A stretch of 64,000 nucleotides of DNA from Selaginella moellendorffii (GCF_000143415.4 NW_003314308.1:1096654-1160653), one strand, 5' to 3'. Shown: positions 50,893 to 63,954, numbered from the stretch's first letter. Made by a program: numbers and translations. Notes: generated by a model from the sequence alone, not told the origin.

Positions 50893-51456
50893 CTTGGCCC
50901 TCACAGAATTAATTTTTTATATGCTAATGTTTTGAAATAACTAAATTTATTACAATAAATTTAATTTTGATAATATTTGTAAAGTATTTATTGGAATAGT
51001 AAATGTCAAATTGTGTAAAATTTATATATGAAAATTAATTTTGAATTCTTTAGTCTATAATCCTGACGGGCCTCACATGGTGCTCCTCGAGCAAATCGTG
51101 AACAACTAGATTTTCGTCCACTGAAGACTGGAAATCTTGGTCCCCCGTGAAGAAAACTGCCCAAGAAAGGAGATTCAATAGTGGCCATCATGATACTCAA
51201 TAATGAAAAAACTATTATTGAATGTTTCACTAAAATCTTAATTTTATTGATTTTAAAATAATTAATTTTTTACTTTAAGAAATTTTTAAAAATTAATTAT
51301 TAATATATCTTTTATATGTATTATATTCTAAATTCCTTTATAAAACATAATTTGTTTAATTGTGTCATGGAATCCAAATAAACTTAAATCCATTTTAATG
51401 ACTATTTGGACCATGAGGTTAGCGCCAAATTTCAAACCAACATCAAATCCGTGGCT

Positions 51457-52242
51457 ATGAAGGAGGAGAGCGTTTTCCAGTTCCTGGTGTGGATCCAATT
51501 CGTGCGCGCGGCGCTCAGCTTCCGGAGGCCCGTGGGAATCCAGACTTATGGCCGCCATCTCGCGCCGCGCCTCTCGGCCATGCCCACGCTTCCCTCGCAT
51601 CTGGGCTGGCTCCTCATGGAAGCGCCCACGCTCCTCGTCCCCGCCCTAATCTTCCACCGAGGTAAGCACGCCGCCGCCGCCGCCCCACGGCTCCTCCTCC
51701 TCCTCTTTCTCGCCCACTACTTCCATCGCACCCTCCTCTATCCCCTCCGCCTCAGCCGCCGCTCCTCCTCCTCCACGCCAATGCCGCTTGTCACCGCCGT
51801 TCTCGCCGCGCTCTTCAACGCCCTCAACACCTACATTCAACTGCGCTGGATCTCCCACTTTGGATTCTACCCTGAGCGATGGATTCACAGCGCCCAGTTC
51901 GCGATCGGCGCATTCCTGTTCGTGGCGGGCATGGCGATCAACATCTGGGCCGACGGCGTGCTCATCGCGCTGAGAAAACAAAGATCTTCCGCCAAGGAGA
52001 GTGTGTCGTACAGGGTTCCGTACGGGGGGCTGTACGAGTTTGTGTCATGCCCAAACTACCTGGGCGAGATTGTGGAGTGGCTGGGATGGGCCATACTGAC
52101 GTGGTCGCCAGCGGGGCTGGGTTTCTTCCTCTACACCGTTGCCACGCTGGCGCCACGTGCCTGCGCGCATCACCGTTGGTACGTGGACAAGTTCCCCGAC
52201 TATCCGCGCGGGAGAACACCGTTGATTCCTTTCCTCTGTTAA
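51457..52242 (+). CDS. DET2: Steroid 5-alpha-reductase (DET2-like), intronless
   Basis: YGRH, GWLLMEAPTL, HYFHRTLLYP, GMAINIWAD, YRVPYGGLYEFVSCPNYLGEIVEWLGWA, RACAHHRWY, YPRGRTPLIPF. Confidence 0.92.
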   Translation: MKEESVFQFLVWIQFVRAALSFRRPVGIQTYGRHLAPRLSAMPTLPSHLGWLLMEAPTLLVPALIFHRGKHAAAAAPRLLLLLFLAHYFHRTLLYPLRLSRRSSSSTPMPLVTAVLAALFNALNTYIQLRWISHFGFYPERWIHSAQFAIGAFLFVAGMAINIWADGVLIALRKQRSSAKESVSYRVPYGGLYEFVSCPNYLGEIVEWLGWAILTWSPAGLGFFLYTVATLAPRACAHHRWYVDKFPDYPRGRTPLIPFLC

Positions 52243-52340
52243 CATTGGCTCTCGTATTTAATCAAGAGAGAACTACACTAGAGGTTGCTATTTCAGCTAA
52301 ACTGCAAGATAGAAACACCCCATGTCCATAGTTTTTAAGT

Positions 52341-53411
52341 TTACTCGCTCTTCTTTGCGCTGCGAGGGATCTTGCTGAGAACGTTTGCATCGACCTTGGA
52401 GTACTGCTTCTTGGCCTCTTCAAACAGCTTGCCGATCATGGCTTCGATCTCGTCCTGGTACTTGTCGTAGATTACTGGAATCGTGTGAGCTCCGACCACC
52501 ACTGTTTGATTGAGCAAATCGAAGTAGTTTCAATCAGATCTGGAATCCAAAACAACGATTTTTTAAAAAGAACTTACAGATGTAGACAAGGGTGATGAAG
52601 TTAAACCACGCGCCGAGCTTGGAGAGGATCCACAACACCACTGTCACCTAGAACAAACAGTCACGAGCACAATGCTTTGGTTTCTCTCGGTTTTTTCACT
52701 CCAAACTTAAAGAAAGGCACTCCTTTTTTTCTACCTTGAGGAAGACTCTGAAGTCCTTGCCAATGGCAACATCGTGAGCTGCGAGAAGGGCCTTGTTGAT
52801 CTCTACACGGAGAGTGGCGGCGGAGTCGTGCACCATTTCTTCCGTGAGAACGATCTCGGGGATTGGAGGTGCAGGCCTAGAAACCAAAAGAGAAAAGAAT
52901 GAGAACTTTTCAGTCGAATGAAATGATCTTAGATCCTTAGAGGAAGATCCAGAAAACCAAAGCGTTGTTTTCTACTTGCCTGTGGAGCAGCGATGCGATG
53001 GTCGCCCACAAAAAGAGGATGACAATGAGGAAGAGCAAAACATTGCAAACGAGCGATAGCAATGTATAGCCCGACCACTCAAAGAGAAACCACGCCACTG
53101 TTGACCCAACGAGGAGGCTCGTGGAGACGTTCTTTTGCTTCCACAGGAGAACATTGGCGCCTGGCAATAGAGATCATCAAACACGGCAGATGTGAGCGCG
53201 CATCGATCGATCGATCACGGCATTGGAATATCTGATCTATCTAGTGAATAAATCCCTCTCCCTCTCGATCGATCTTACATTTGCCGCCTCCCAGGAGCTC
53301 GTGGACGTTCTTCTTGCCCGATGCCTTTGGCGGCGGCGCCTGGGGCGCGCTCTGGAAGGAGTCAATAACGCTGTGGACCGCGGAGCTCACTTGATCGGCG
53401 AGGTCCGCCAT
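52341..53411 (-). CDS. Reticulon-like protein (RTNLB)
   Basis: VHELLGGGK|CANVLLWKQKN, hydrophobic hairpins, PAPPIPEIVL, IAIGKDFRVFLK, GAWFNFITL, PVIYDKYQDEI. Five exons, including a GC-AG intron. Confidence 0.93.
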
Positions 53412-53885
53412 AGCCAAGGACAAGAACGAATGATACCCAAAATGTTACGAGCTTTTTTTCCGGGGCATTAAACGAGATTCACTGGCCGCCCATCTACTAC
53501 CGTCCATTCCCGGGACTTTCCATTTGGGAAGAATCCAGCAAATGGGGTCGTCGATTGGCGGGCACGTCGCGGATGCCGTCCGTTTGAGATCCGGGGGCAA
53601 TCATGACGAAGGCTAGTCGCCGGCACAGTCAACGAGGTCGCTGGGGCCGTTGGATTCTGGAATCTGGAAATGGATCTGGTCCGCTGAATTGCCAGGTGGA
53701 AATTCCATCAGCGGCATTTAATTTGAAAAGAGAATGCCGTCTACTCTTTTCTCGACAGTCAAACGCGGTGAGCCCTAGCCCCGCGTCGCGGAAATGGCGT
53801 CGTGATAGCGAGCGCCATGGCGCCTTCATCCGATCCAGCGGAGGAGGAGGTATCTTATAGCTGATCAGGCTCCAGGGATTTCTCC

Positions 53886-56800
53886 ATGGATGACAAGGCG
53901 GTGTCCGAGCATCTGGTGCACGAAATTCTCTGCTTGATCGATGCTCTCAAGGCTGGAGTGAACGAGATCGGGATCAACAAGTCCCTGTTCCTCAAATCCA
54001 CCTTGTTTTTGGTGGAATTCAAGCAGCTCTCGCTTGGACAATGCCCGGCCAACGCGCTCCTGAAAATCCTGGACGATATTACGGGCTTGGTGAGGCTCAC
54101 GGAGCAATGCTGCCGCCGCAAGAGCAGGGTGTTCCAGATTTACAAGTCTCAGGAGATAAGCCAGAGAATTCGCGATATCATGCTCGAGTTTGCTTCTCAC
54201 TTGGAGCTTTGCTCGGAGGTAGAGAACATGGACCAGATCATGGAGCTGAGGAACAGAGTCACAAGGGCTACTTTCTCTCCGGATCCGAGAAATGGCGAGC
54301 TTGCAACAGCTTTGAGTGACGCTATTTCTCATGAAGATGACGAGCTCCAAAGCAAGGTTGTGGACGACATATCAAGGCACTTGGCCGCGTCCGTGTCTTC
54401 TCTCAAGGAGGAACTCTTGGAAGACAAACGACAGCTCGAAGTAGACGGCAGGGTCGAAGAGCTATCGGAGCTAGAGAAGCTGGTGCAGCTTCTGGACAGC
54501 GCTCCTTCTCTTGAATCGGATTCTCTAGCTCTGGACGATACTTTTGTTTCGGAGGACATTCCAGCGTCGTATCTGTGCCCGATCACTGGCCAGCTGATGA
54601 GAGAGCCTGTGCTGGTGGAAGGCGGTGTCACGTACGAGAAGTCGGCTATAATGGAGTGGATCAACCGGGGAAACACCAAGTGTCCCGTCACAAATGCCGA
54701 CTTGAGTAGCGTCAACCTTGTCCGGAACAGGTCGATAGAGAACGCGATCCGGCAGTATGTGGGGCGTGTGAACATCGAGAAATTGACTCGGTCGATCAAG
54801 AAGATCAAGCTCGAGCGCGTCCACGTTGAGGAAACCTTGGACACCATAAAGAATCTGATCGGGCTTGGCTCTTGCTTTAAGAGGCATGTAGTTGCTTTGG
54901 ACGGGTTGGAGCCGCTGGTTGCGATACTCAAGAGCTCTGCTGGAGACCAGAGGGCTAAGATACTTCAGATTTTATTAGCCATTGGAGAATCTGGAGATGA
55001 CTGCAAGGTAAGGCTCGCGCTCTTGGTCGTGATCACAATACTGCTGCTAATGACAGAACTTCCTTGAAGATACATATCGCTGAAGTTGGAGCTGTTCCCG
55101 TGGTGCTGCGAATCCTGACGAAGTGTCATGGTGACTGCCCCGATGCTGTGAGTCTCCTTCGGGAGATTTCTGAAGTGCAACAAGGGAAGGAGGTGATTCT
55201 TGCACAGCCAGGGTCCATCATTGTTATTGCAAGTGCGGCCACTGTCGACTCGGTGGAGCAGAAAGATCATGCCATGAAGCTTTTGGAGAACTTGTGCTCG
55301 AACAAGTCATGGGTGGCCATTGAAGCAGCTTCAACAGGAGTATTTGATTTTCTGATCAATAATCTTCACACAGGTATGTAAGAGAGGAAAACATCTTTAT
55401 TTATTTGATGTTGATCTTGATTGCGTGCAGGAAATGAAGCTGTAAAGCTGGAGATGGCTGAGGCAATTGCAACGAAGCTCGAGTTTAACGACGCTAGCAG
55501 TGCAGCTCTTGTATCGACAGGAATCCTGGTTCCACTTGTAGGGATGCTGAAGTCTGAATCGCTCGACAGCAAAATGGCAGCTACAAGATCTATACAGAAA
55601 CTTTCATCTACAGTGACGAACAGAGACGCTATCGGAGATGCTGGTGCAATCCCTTTAATAGCTGGTTTGGCGACAATGGCAGTGAGGGACTTGAAAGTAT
55701 CTGCCTTGGAGACTTTGGCAAACCTCGCAAGCACACGAGAGTGTGTGCCAGCTCTGGCTACCGAAGAGAACGTCCCTCGACTCTTAGAAATGGTGAAAGA
55801 CAGGGATTTACAGGTTCAGAGCAGCATTCTCAAGATTCTACATTCGCTATCAAGGGAGAGCAAAACTGTCCGGTTAATGGTTCGTCAGCATGCAGAAGTT
55901 ATCCGGTACTTGCTGGATGCGTCCTCCGAACACAACTCTGGCCCAAGAAGAACTAGCGTCCTTGGAGTCATTGTCCAACTCGCAGCAGACAGAGACACGA
56001 GAGATGCCATTCAGCCTTCCTCAAGCACAGTGATGTCCTTTGTGAGGCTGTTGGATCAAGCAGCAGCTACGTCGACTGAAGACAAAGAGCTGGCACTGGG
56101 AATACTTTCCGGGATCACAAAGAACGGATCACAAGCCAGACAGGTGCTAGCGGCTGGGGGCGCTTACGGGATCATTATCAGCTGCATGCAAACGGGAAGT
56201 CCAAGGATGAAAGAGGACGCGGCTGCGGTTCTAACAAGGCTAACGGATTCGGAGCTCGACGCCAACTCCGAGCAGGAACTGGCAAGACTCGGCGTGATGC
56301 GTCTCCTGCGAGACACTTTGGAGACTGGATCAGAGCGGGCGAGGGAGCACGCGTGTGCCAACCTCGCCAACTTATCCAAGCGGACACCGTCGTTAACCCA
56401 GGAGCAATCGTTTTTCAAGCGGCTTCTAGCGAGGCTGGGACTGAAGCAGTACAGGTTGTGTGTGGTTCATCCAGGAAAGTGCAACGCAAGGGCGAGCTTT
56501 TGCATGGTGGAAGCTGGGGTGGTGCCGTTGCTTATAGGAGAGATCCGCGGTAGCAATGCCCGCAATGCGGAGAGAGGGATGGATGCGCTGCTCACGCTGG
56601 TGCAAGACGAGAGTTTCCGGATCAAAGGAGTGGATTTCTTGGTGAAGAACAACGCGATACCGGCAGCGGTGAGCTTGGTTGGGAGGTCCAGCAGCCTGAC
56701 GGAGAAGGCCATGGTGCTCCTCGAGAGGATTTTCAAGTGCCGGAAGTACAGGGACGACAGGTACTCGAGGATAGCAAAGTCGAGCCTCTCCACGACAATG

Positions 56801-56914
56801 ACTTCGGGTTCCATAGGTGCGAGGAAGTCGGCTGCGAAAGCCTTGATGCACTTGGGCATGATGGCCAAAGGCTCTACGTACACGGCCACAGGGGAGTCGG
56901 CCATTGTTAACTGA
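53886..56914 (+). CDS. Plant U-box/ARM-repeat E3 ligase (SAUL1/PUB43-44-like architecture)
   Basis: Exons 53886-55007, 55070-55373, 55431-56914. U-box IPASYLCPITGQLMREPV...YEKSAIMEW...CPVT, multiple ARM repeats, CVVHPGKC...FCMVEAGVV motif. Confidence 0.92.
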
Positions 56915-57168
56915 TTCAAGTATGGACATAAGGCAGGAGATATGAGCGACGTAAATATATGCAAAGACGAGAGGGTCAATTGTGCCTGAGATCGGAGAGT
57001 CCATGGCTGACCCTTGCATGGCACTCTCCATTACAATGGAGATCCACTGCATTTTGTGGGCTAAGTTACTGTTCATAATTACATTTGATCTTCAAACTAT
57101 TATCATATAAACTTTTATGGTGGATGATTGGGATAAGTTGTCTATATTATTTCTAAATAGTATGCTCA

Positions 57169-59150
57169 TGTGAGTTAGGAATAAATATATTAATTAAGGT
57201 TTAGACCCTTGTTTATATACAAGAATGGATAAAGCAAAATGGATGGTTTATATGCTTTAGTATTATAATTAATATATTACCTAGGCATATATATATACAT
57301 ATATGTATTTATAAACTTCCCATCCAAAAGATGAAAAGGTGATAACAATAAATCAAATGGAATATTTAGAGTTTCTCTTAGACAATTATAAACTACTATA
57401 TGAATCTAAAGCTCCCACAAAACTACTAAAAAAATTGTTAACAACTATGATTGAAACAAAATTCAGAGCCATGACATAAACATTAGTTGACTATGGAATT
57501 CTAATGAACTAATTGAAATTCCATATGCAACTACCAAATGCTCAAACCAACATTAAATTTATAATTTTGAACCAAAACAAAAGACTTTGAGAGCCATTAC
57601 AATCTATAAAGCAAATAATATATTTTGTCTCTAAATCTGTCTATTAACACCATTAACTTAAACTCATGACCATAAATAAAACTTACCTTTCCATCTTTGT
57701 TTAGCACTATATATAAGAAATCTCACTCACTCCATTTATTTTTCATATTTTCCTTACCCCTTTTTTGAAGGAAAAAAAGTTTTGAAGCACTAGGTCCATT
57801 CGGACTCATTGTGTTTGTCCTCACTTTGTGATTTATATTCATCCTCACTCTACTATCACATTTGATAAGCTTCATTATGTTAGAGTTAGATGTTTCATTT
57901 AGACTAGCTATACTCATCCTTATTCCACAATCCATATTGTTTGTCTTTAGTCCATTATTATATTCACTCATCCTTATTCCATCATTAGGGCCGGACTCTT
58001 CTTTGTCCCCTCTACCTCCTCCGATAAAGAAAAAGTTTAAAGTGTCAGGGAAAAGGGAGAAAACAAGAAAAATTGAGGAAAAACCATTATGGAAGAAGAA
58101 AAAGTGAATAAAGAAACATTAAAAGAGGAATTTGCATCAGTTGACAATGCAAAAATAGGGAAATAAAAAAAAGGATATAAGCTTGGAAAATAAAAGACAT
58201 TGGATTATTCAACCTCTTTAATACATAACTCAACACTTAAGATAAGAAAATTAATAAAAATGTTTATACTCTCAAGAGAAAACATAAACTTTTCAATAGC
58301 AATGATAAAACAAAGGCTCTCAATGGCACTTACAATTAGGGACATACACTCAACTTGAAACTTTGGCCAAAGAAAACACTGTAGATAAGGAAGAAATACT
58401 AGTAACATGAAAAGGTGACTTAGGCCAAAAAATAAAAAAAGATTGGGAAAGAGTAAAAAGTAAAGAGAAAGGATTAGATGATAGATTAAAAGATTAACAC
58501 CTACCCTATGAAATCTCCACTTCATTTCTAAATCTATCTCCATAATAATCAAGCTTGTCAAAATGATTTATAATCCACTTAAACTTATACATATCATCTT
58601 CCCATAAACTCGATCCTTGAACATTCTCCAAGAACCAGACTACATCATCTATAGCTTGCAATTGATGTCACAACCATGCTCCATATTAACAAAAGATGGC
58701 AGAACACCAAAAACAAAACAAGCCACGTAATCATGTCTTATAGAAGTTGAAGGTAGTAACACATTAAAGATGGGCACAGTACTACACTTCACAACCAAAA
58801 GCTTGATTTAATGAAATAGTATTAGCAAGCTCAAATGACATACTCATTGATTAATAATGCTGTGGTATGGTAGGAGAAGAAGATGCAATGAAGATCAGAA
58901 GCAACAATAGCTAAAATTTTAAATCTTGTAAAAAGCTAATACAGATATAAATTTAAAAGAGAATAAAGAAATATGAATAAAAAGCACAATCCTAAACACT
59001 AAAGCAAAGTATTGAAAAAAAACTATACCCTTCATAGACAAATTGCAAAGCCCTTCACCTCCATGGATGGACAAAATTCAGTCTCAAATTAGTGTATTAC
59101 CTAGGTAGGGTGATTTATGTATATATGTACATGTATTTACAAACCTTACA
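57169..59150 (-). mobile_element. Highly decayed derivative related to the 47.7-50.9 kb gypsy element
   Basis: Shared LTR-end motif (attRcctagg...tgtatttaYaaaccttaca) at ~57275-57320, 59094-59150 and 47837-47930. PBS remnant cttcacctcca at ~59053-59063. Confidence 0.55.
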
Positions 59151-59629
59151 CTCCAAAATTGTTACTAAACATTATGAACAAGAGTAATTAAAACCTGATT
59201 GTTACTTTCATACTTGCTATAATGTTTTTTATTTCATTATATGGGAAAATAGTGAAGTAAATTTAGTGAAACACTTATCAAGAAGAATGTCTATTAAATT
59301 CAAATATTTTCCAGGCATTGGTTATTACTCTAAGTTAGTTAAGTTAAGTAAAACAGAAAGAATTATCTCTATTATTCATTTCTCAATCCATTGATTTCTC
59401 AAAACTTCTAAAGCCTTAACTAATTGTGCTTAGAAGTAATATTTCTTTATTAAATATTCAGAAGAATGTCAGCAAGATACTGCATGGGGAGCACCACCTG
59501 CTTGTGCAGAAAACAACCACCATTTCCATGGGACCAACAGATCTACCCAGTCTGCTGGGAAGAGGTAGATCCTCAAAGCTTGTTCAACATATCACGTTCT
59601 ACATCACCCCAAGCAAGAGATGCATTAAA

Positions 59630-59770
59630 TCTTGCAAGAAATGCATTAAATTAGCAAACTTATCCAGTTTTTCACATGAATAGAGATACACCAACAAACT
59701 ATTATCATACAGAGAATGCCCAGGCTATCAAACTGGACAAGTTTGCTAATTTATTATATCGCTTGCAAGA
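59630..59770. repeat. Short inverted repeat (hairpin)
   Basis: taaattagcaaacttatccagttt (59647-59670) versus aaactggacaagtttgctaattta (59730-59753), one mismatch, with an outer tcttgcaag/cttgcaaga pair. Confidence 0.8.
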
Positions 59771-60833
59771 ATCTATTTGCTTTCAATGGGTATTTGTGTT
59801 TCTTTGCTCTTCTATCTGTTGCTACACTTGGTGTTCTAATGATTGTAACTAGTTTTGCTCACATGCCCGACTGACTTTAATTTTTTTTTTCTTTTTTTCA
59901 CTGATTAATTTTTTCTTTCTGGTTTTGCTAATGAGCTGATTGACATTAGTCTTTACAAACAACCAATAGAAGCAAACAGGGGAAAGGTGGTGCAAACAAA
60001 CAGGAGACAACTCAGTGACAACATAATGGAACTCACTAACTATACAGAGGAGATGGAGGAACGTGAATGCAGAAATGGCCGGAGCGAGAACACCCCCCAC
60101 ATCAAACTTGTAAACTTGTTTCCACAGTGCAAAAGTGCCAAAACATAATATAGATAGATATAAAAAGATTATTCTACAAAGATTGGCAGTTTAATACAGC
60201 ATTTATTGTGTCAAATTTCCTTAGAGATGCATCACCACCTTATTCTTGCAAAGATGTGAGTCTAGATGTAGAGATCCAAGAGGGACCATGGCCAAGAAGA
60301 GTACTCAGCCATTTTGATCTGGTACCTATTGTCATTCCAGGCTCTTGTCCAAACTCACAGAGACAATCTGGCTGCCTGCGTTTGCTACTGTTTAATCATA
60401 TTTGGGAGATTTCTTTTCTCCTGGTAAAAAGTTAAAGTTAAAAAGTAGAAAGGTACTCTTCATAGCTCAACCATTAATCTAAATCGGGCAATTAAAAAAT
60501 TCAATAATTTACTATGCAAATTTTATTACACGAAGCCTTGGTCTCTAAATCAACAGGGCTGATGATCACCATCATGGGATCGATCCATGAGCACCATCAT
60601 GGGACCGATCGATGAGCACTGGAAGTTGCGACGTTTAGTCTTTCATTCAAGCTCTCATATCTTACACGCGGGGCGAAGCGACAGCTCCACTACTTACTGG
60701 CCTTTCACGTGTACACATTTCTTCGCATCATCGAGAAAGGGGGCCCATGTCGCTGACCACTAAACTTTGATCACCATCGCCGCTATATAGGCGCAAATGC
60801 ACATCTTCCAGATTGCACGGAAGAGTTCCTGTG

Positions 60834-62035
60834 TTATCTCGAGAGGAAGATGTTGTCCAGCTCGGAGTACGTTCTCCTCCTTTTCACAGCAGGCGGTAAC
60901 TCGGGTGCCGAGTGAAGCCCGAGATCGGGTACAAGGAAGGCGTCGTCCGGCTCTGGGAGTAAGAAAATACCCGGCTTCGTCTTGAGCTTCAACGCAGCTG
61001 GGTCTCCTACGACTTTAGTAGCATTGAAACCGGCGGGCAGCTTATCCATCTGAGGAACTGACCGAAAGTAGATCTGATCCCTGGAAACGTTAGCGGAGGG
61101 CCAGGCGAAATTCGCGTCGATCTGCATGAAGCACGATATCAGAAAACCAAACGAGAGCAGTAGTAGTCAAGTGGATCTTACCTTGGGATCGAAAGTGTAG
61201 CTCGAAGCTAGTGACGACGAGTCGGGCAAGTTTAGGAGCTCGTCGCATTTCCAGCCAGGAACTGCCTCCGTGAGGAACTCGAAAATGCTAGTCTTCCTGG
61301 ATCCATCTCCTGGCGGCGGCGGCGGCGGCGGCGGCGGGGGTGGTGCCACTGGAAGTGTAGTAACAACAGCGGCGGGCTTGCGAACTCCAGGAACTTGGCA
61401 GCTCTTGGAATTGTCCGTGTTGCTGCCAGTGATGACGGTGGCGGTGGAAGTAGTCGAGGTGGAAGTGGAGGTCTGGGGAGAAGATTGGCAGTGGCGTCGA
61501 GCGTCCGAAGCAGCGGCGTGATCCCTGTGCTCTCGCCTTTTTGTGCTCTTGGAGGCCCTCGAGTGGCTGTTACTGTTGGGCACAGCATGAGATGATTTTG
61601 GCGGTGGTGTTCCTGGAGATGTCGCTGGTGCCTGTCCCGAGAGAGTGTGGAGCGAAGCAGCAACGCCCGTGACGAGAAAGCGTCGGTGATTTGAGGTGGA
61701 GGCAGTCAACTTGTGGATGGACATGTCGCAGTTGTGGCAAAGCAGTGCTCTGTCCTCGAGGCAGAAGAAGTATGCCGTCTTGTCCTGGAGGGAAAGCGAG
61801 ATGGATCAGCGAGCGAGCTCCTCTAGGCAATTCGATAAGACTAAAGCGGACGAACCTGGCAGATATCACAGCTCGTCCTGGTGGGAGGCCTGAAGAGAGG
61901 TACTCTGTGGTGCTTCCCGGCGAGCTTGTTTGCATCGTGGACTTGGATGTCACATTCCCGGCAGAGGGCGGCCTCGTCAGCGCAGCAAACCACGACTGCT
62001 TCGGCCGACTCGCATCCATCGCACTGGACTTTCAT
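60834..62035 (-). CDS. Double B-box zinc-finger protein (BBX structural group IV, STO/BBX22-24-like)
   Basis: Exons 62035-61856, 61784-61182, 61121-60834. MKVQCDGCESAEAVVVCCADEAALCRECDIQVHDANKLAGKHHRV, CDICQDKTAYFFCLEDRALLCHNCD, VPGWKCDELL, FLVPDLG, KRRR. Confidence 0.94.
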
Positions 62036-63317
62036 CTCCCTCCTCCTTGGAACTTGGAAATCTCAAAAAGTTCTTCGATCACCCGCGAGTTTGAAGGAAC
62101 TCATGTACAAAGAGGGGTTCTTCGTTTAGAAGGCGGAGAAAGCAAAACAAAACAAGGCGTACCTCAGTTTGTCACTGTTAGTGTGACAGAGCATGCCATG
62201 TGCTCATATTACTTGGCTTGCTACTGCGATGCTAGCTAGACTTGTCAAATATCTCCTTCCTCTGCCAAGCTTCTTTAAAACTTTTTTTTGGTAATCGATC
62301 AATCGTCTTGGACCAATTCCAATTTCCAAGATTGCTTACCCCATTTCCTGCCCGGAAAAACATTAGGAATATCCAAGCAAGAGAGAAAGCTTACCAACCA
62401 TTGTCTGGATGCGTTAATTCTCTAAAGTGACAGCAGCACCAGAAACGCATTCGAAGTCAAGATAAAAACTTTCCACCAAGATCTGGTTGCTTGACTCGAT
62501 TGCCTTGCTAACCAAGCAACCATCGATCATCTGGGCCTGCCTTGGTTTAGTTTGATCACAAGAAGACGACGAATGAGAGCTTTACACTCGAAAGCTGGAA
62601 TTAAGTAGTAAGCTTTAGCTCGATCCAAAAAGACGATTCTCCTACCGATAGCACGCACCTCGTGGTGTTGTCCCGCTGGACTATTCTCCTGGCAAATCCA
62701 TTTCATACTAAGTGGTTCACATGATCTGATTGATCCCAGATTTGTTCTGGCTTCATTGCTTATTCGTGGCCTGGCTGTTGGGTATTGACTCGGTTGGATA
62801 AACGACAAGCTTGTGCTTTCCACAATCTGCAGAAACAAAACACCGAAGAATTAGGCCAAACGAGAGGAAAAAGGAAATCCTTACAAATCTTTCATTGCTT
62901 GACAGCATCTCTCTCTCTTCTGCTGCTGCACGCGTTTCCAAATGTTCGCCAGTCTCCCGTCGTGGTTCGCAGCACTACGTGGATGCTACAGCAAAACAGA
63001 CCAAAAAAGAAGGAAAGAGTAAAGAAAGTAAATCAAAGCAGCAAACGAAAGTTAGAAATTAGAACGAAAAGCTCAAACAATTGACAGCCTGTGAGTCTGG
63101 TGGTCTGTCTGTCTGCCAGATGAAGATATGTTTTCTCGCTGTTCTTGAGTTGAAATTTTTGAGGCTCCTAACTCTGTGTACTGCACACGCAGCAGCACAC
63201 ACTTATCCAGTTAGTGAGCCGAAATGTCACATAAGTAGCACAACAAAAATCTATATGTAGAAGACGCGTACGATCGTAAAAAGGCAAACCATTTTCTCGA
63301 GCACAAGGTACTGCTGG

Positions 63318-63954
63318 TCAGAATGTGCTGTTCTCTGGTGGTTGCGGAAGCTTTCGGTTGTGCGGCAAAGCCATCTCTCGTTTCAGAGAAATCAATATGT
63401 CTTCCATGGTGTAATCTCGTCGCCAGTTGCTTAGCATGGGGAAGTTCTTGGGATCTATCTGAGAAATCATGACGGGCAAATCAGTGCTTCCCTCAAAGAG
63501 GAGAAGGTAATGGCCATCTTCCGAAACAAAAAGACATAGAAAACTAAAAGAAGAACAACTTACAACGCCATTGTCTTGGGAGACGCAGGTCATGTTGATT
63601 CTCGACATGAATTTCACGCTCGGTGGCTTGTCCGGATACTCCTTGTCGCAAAACAACTTAAGTTGATAGATCCGGCCGTCGTGAATGGACTGCCAGCAAA
63701 CAAGTGTTCTACGCGTCAGAGAAGCACACAAGAAATAAAAAAAGAATACAAGCCACTTGTAGCACGGAGCAAGAACACCGAACGCAAAAATCCAAAGGAA
63801 AAAGAAAAGCTCACATTGCTCGGCCCAAGGATGGTGCCCGTCCAGGAGCGCATGTAAATGTCGTCCGCGTCGTCCATTCCCAAGCTCACCAGTGGATCTC
63901 CCAGCCCTTTCTCCCCTCGCTCCAGTTCATCGAGCAGCCGGAAACTCCTGGGAA
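63318..63954 (-). CDS. UEV1: Ubiquitin-conjugating enzyme E2 variant (UEV1/MMS2); first exon lies outside the window
   Basis: Exons 63954-63815, 63689-63564, 63458-63318. [61 protein letters not shown]. No catalytic Cys motif. Confidence 0.95.

Noticed and set aside
51406-51456. Upstream start of the 278-aa DET2 ORF
   Set aside because: It begins at a non-ATG codon; ATG 51457 gives a typical DET2 length.
59400-60440. Exon-like pieces with splice signals
   Set aside because: Stops occur in the plausible frames and no family was recognisable, so no call can be supported.
60567-60619. 25-bp tandem duplication (caccatcatgggaYcgatcSatgag) x2
   Set aside because: Only two copies in the probable BBX 3' region; no evidence of function.
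62527-62941. Spliceable minus-strand ORF between UEV1 and BBX (intron 62884-62827)
   Set aside because: Non-ATG start and no recognisable protein; more likely a UTR intron.
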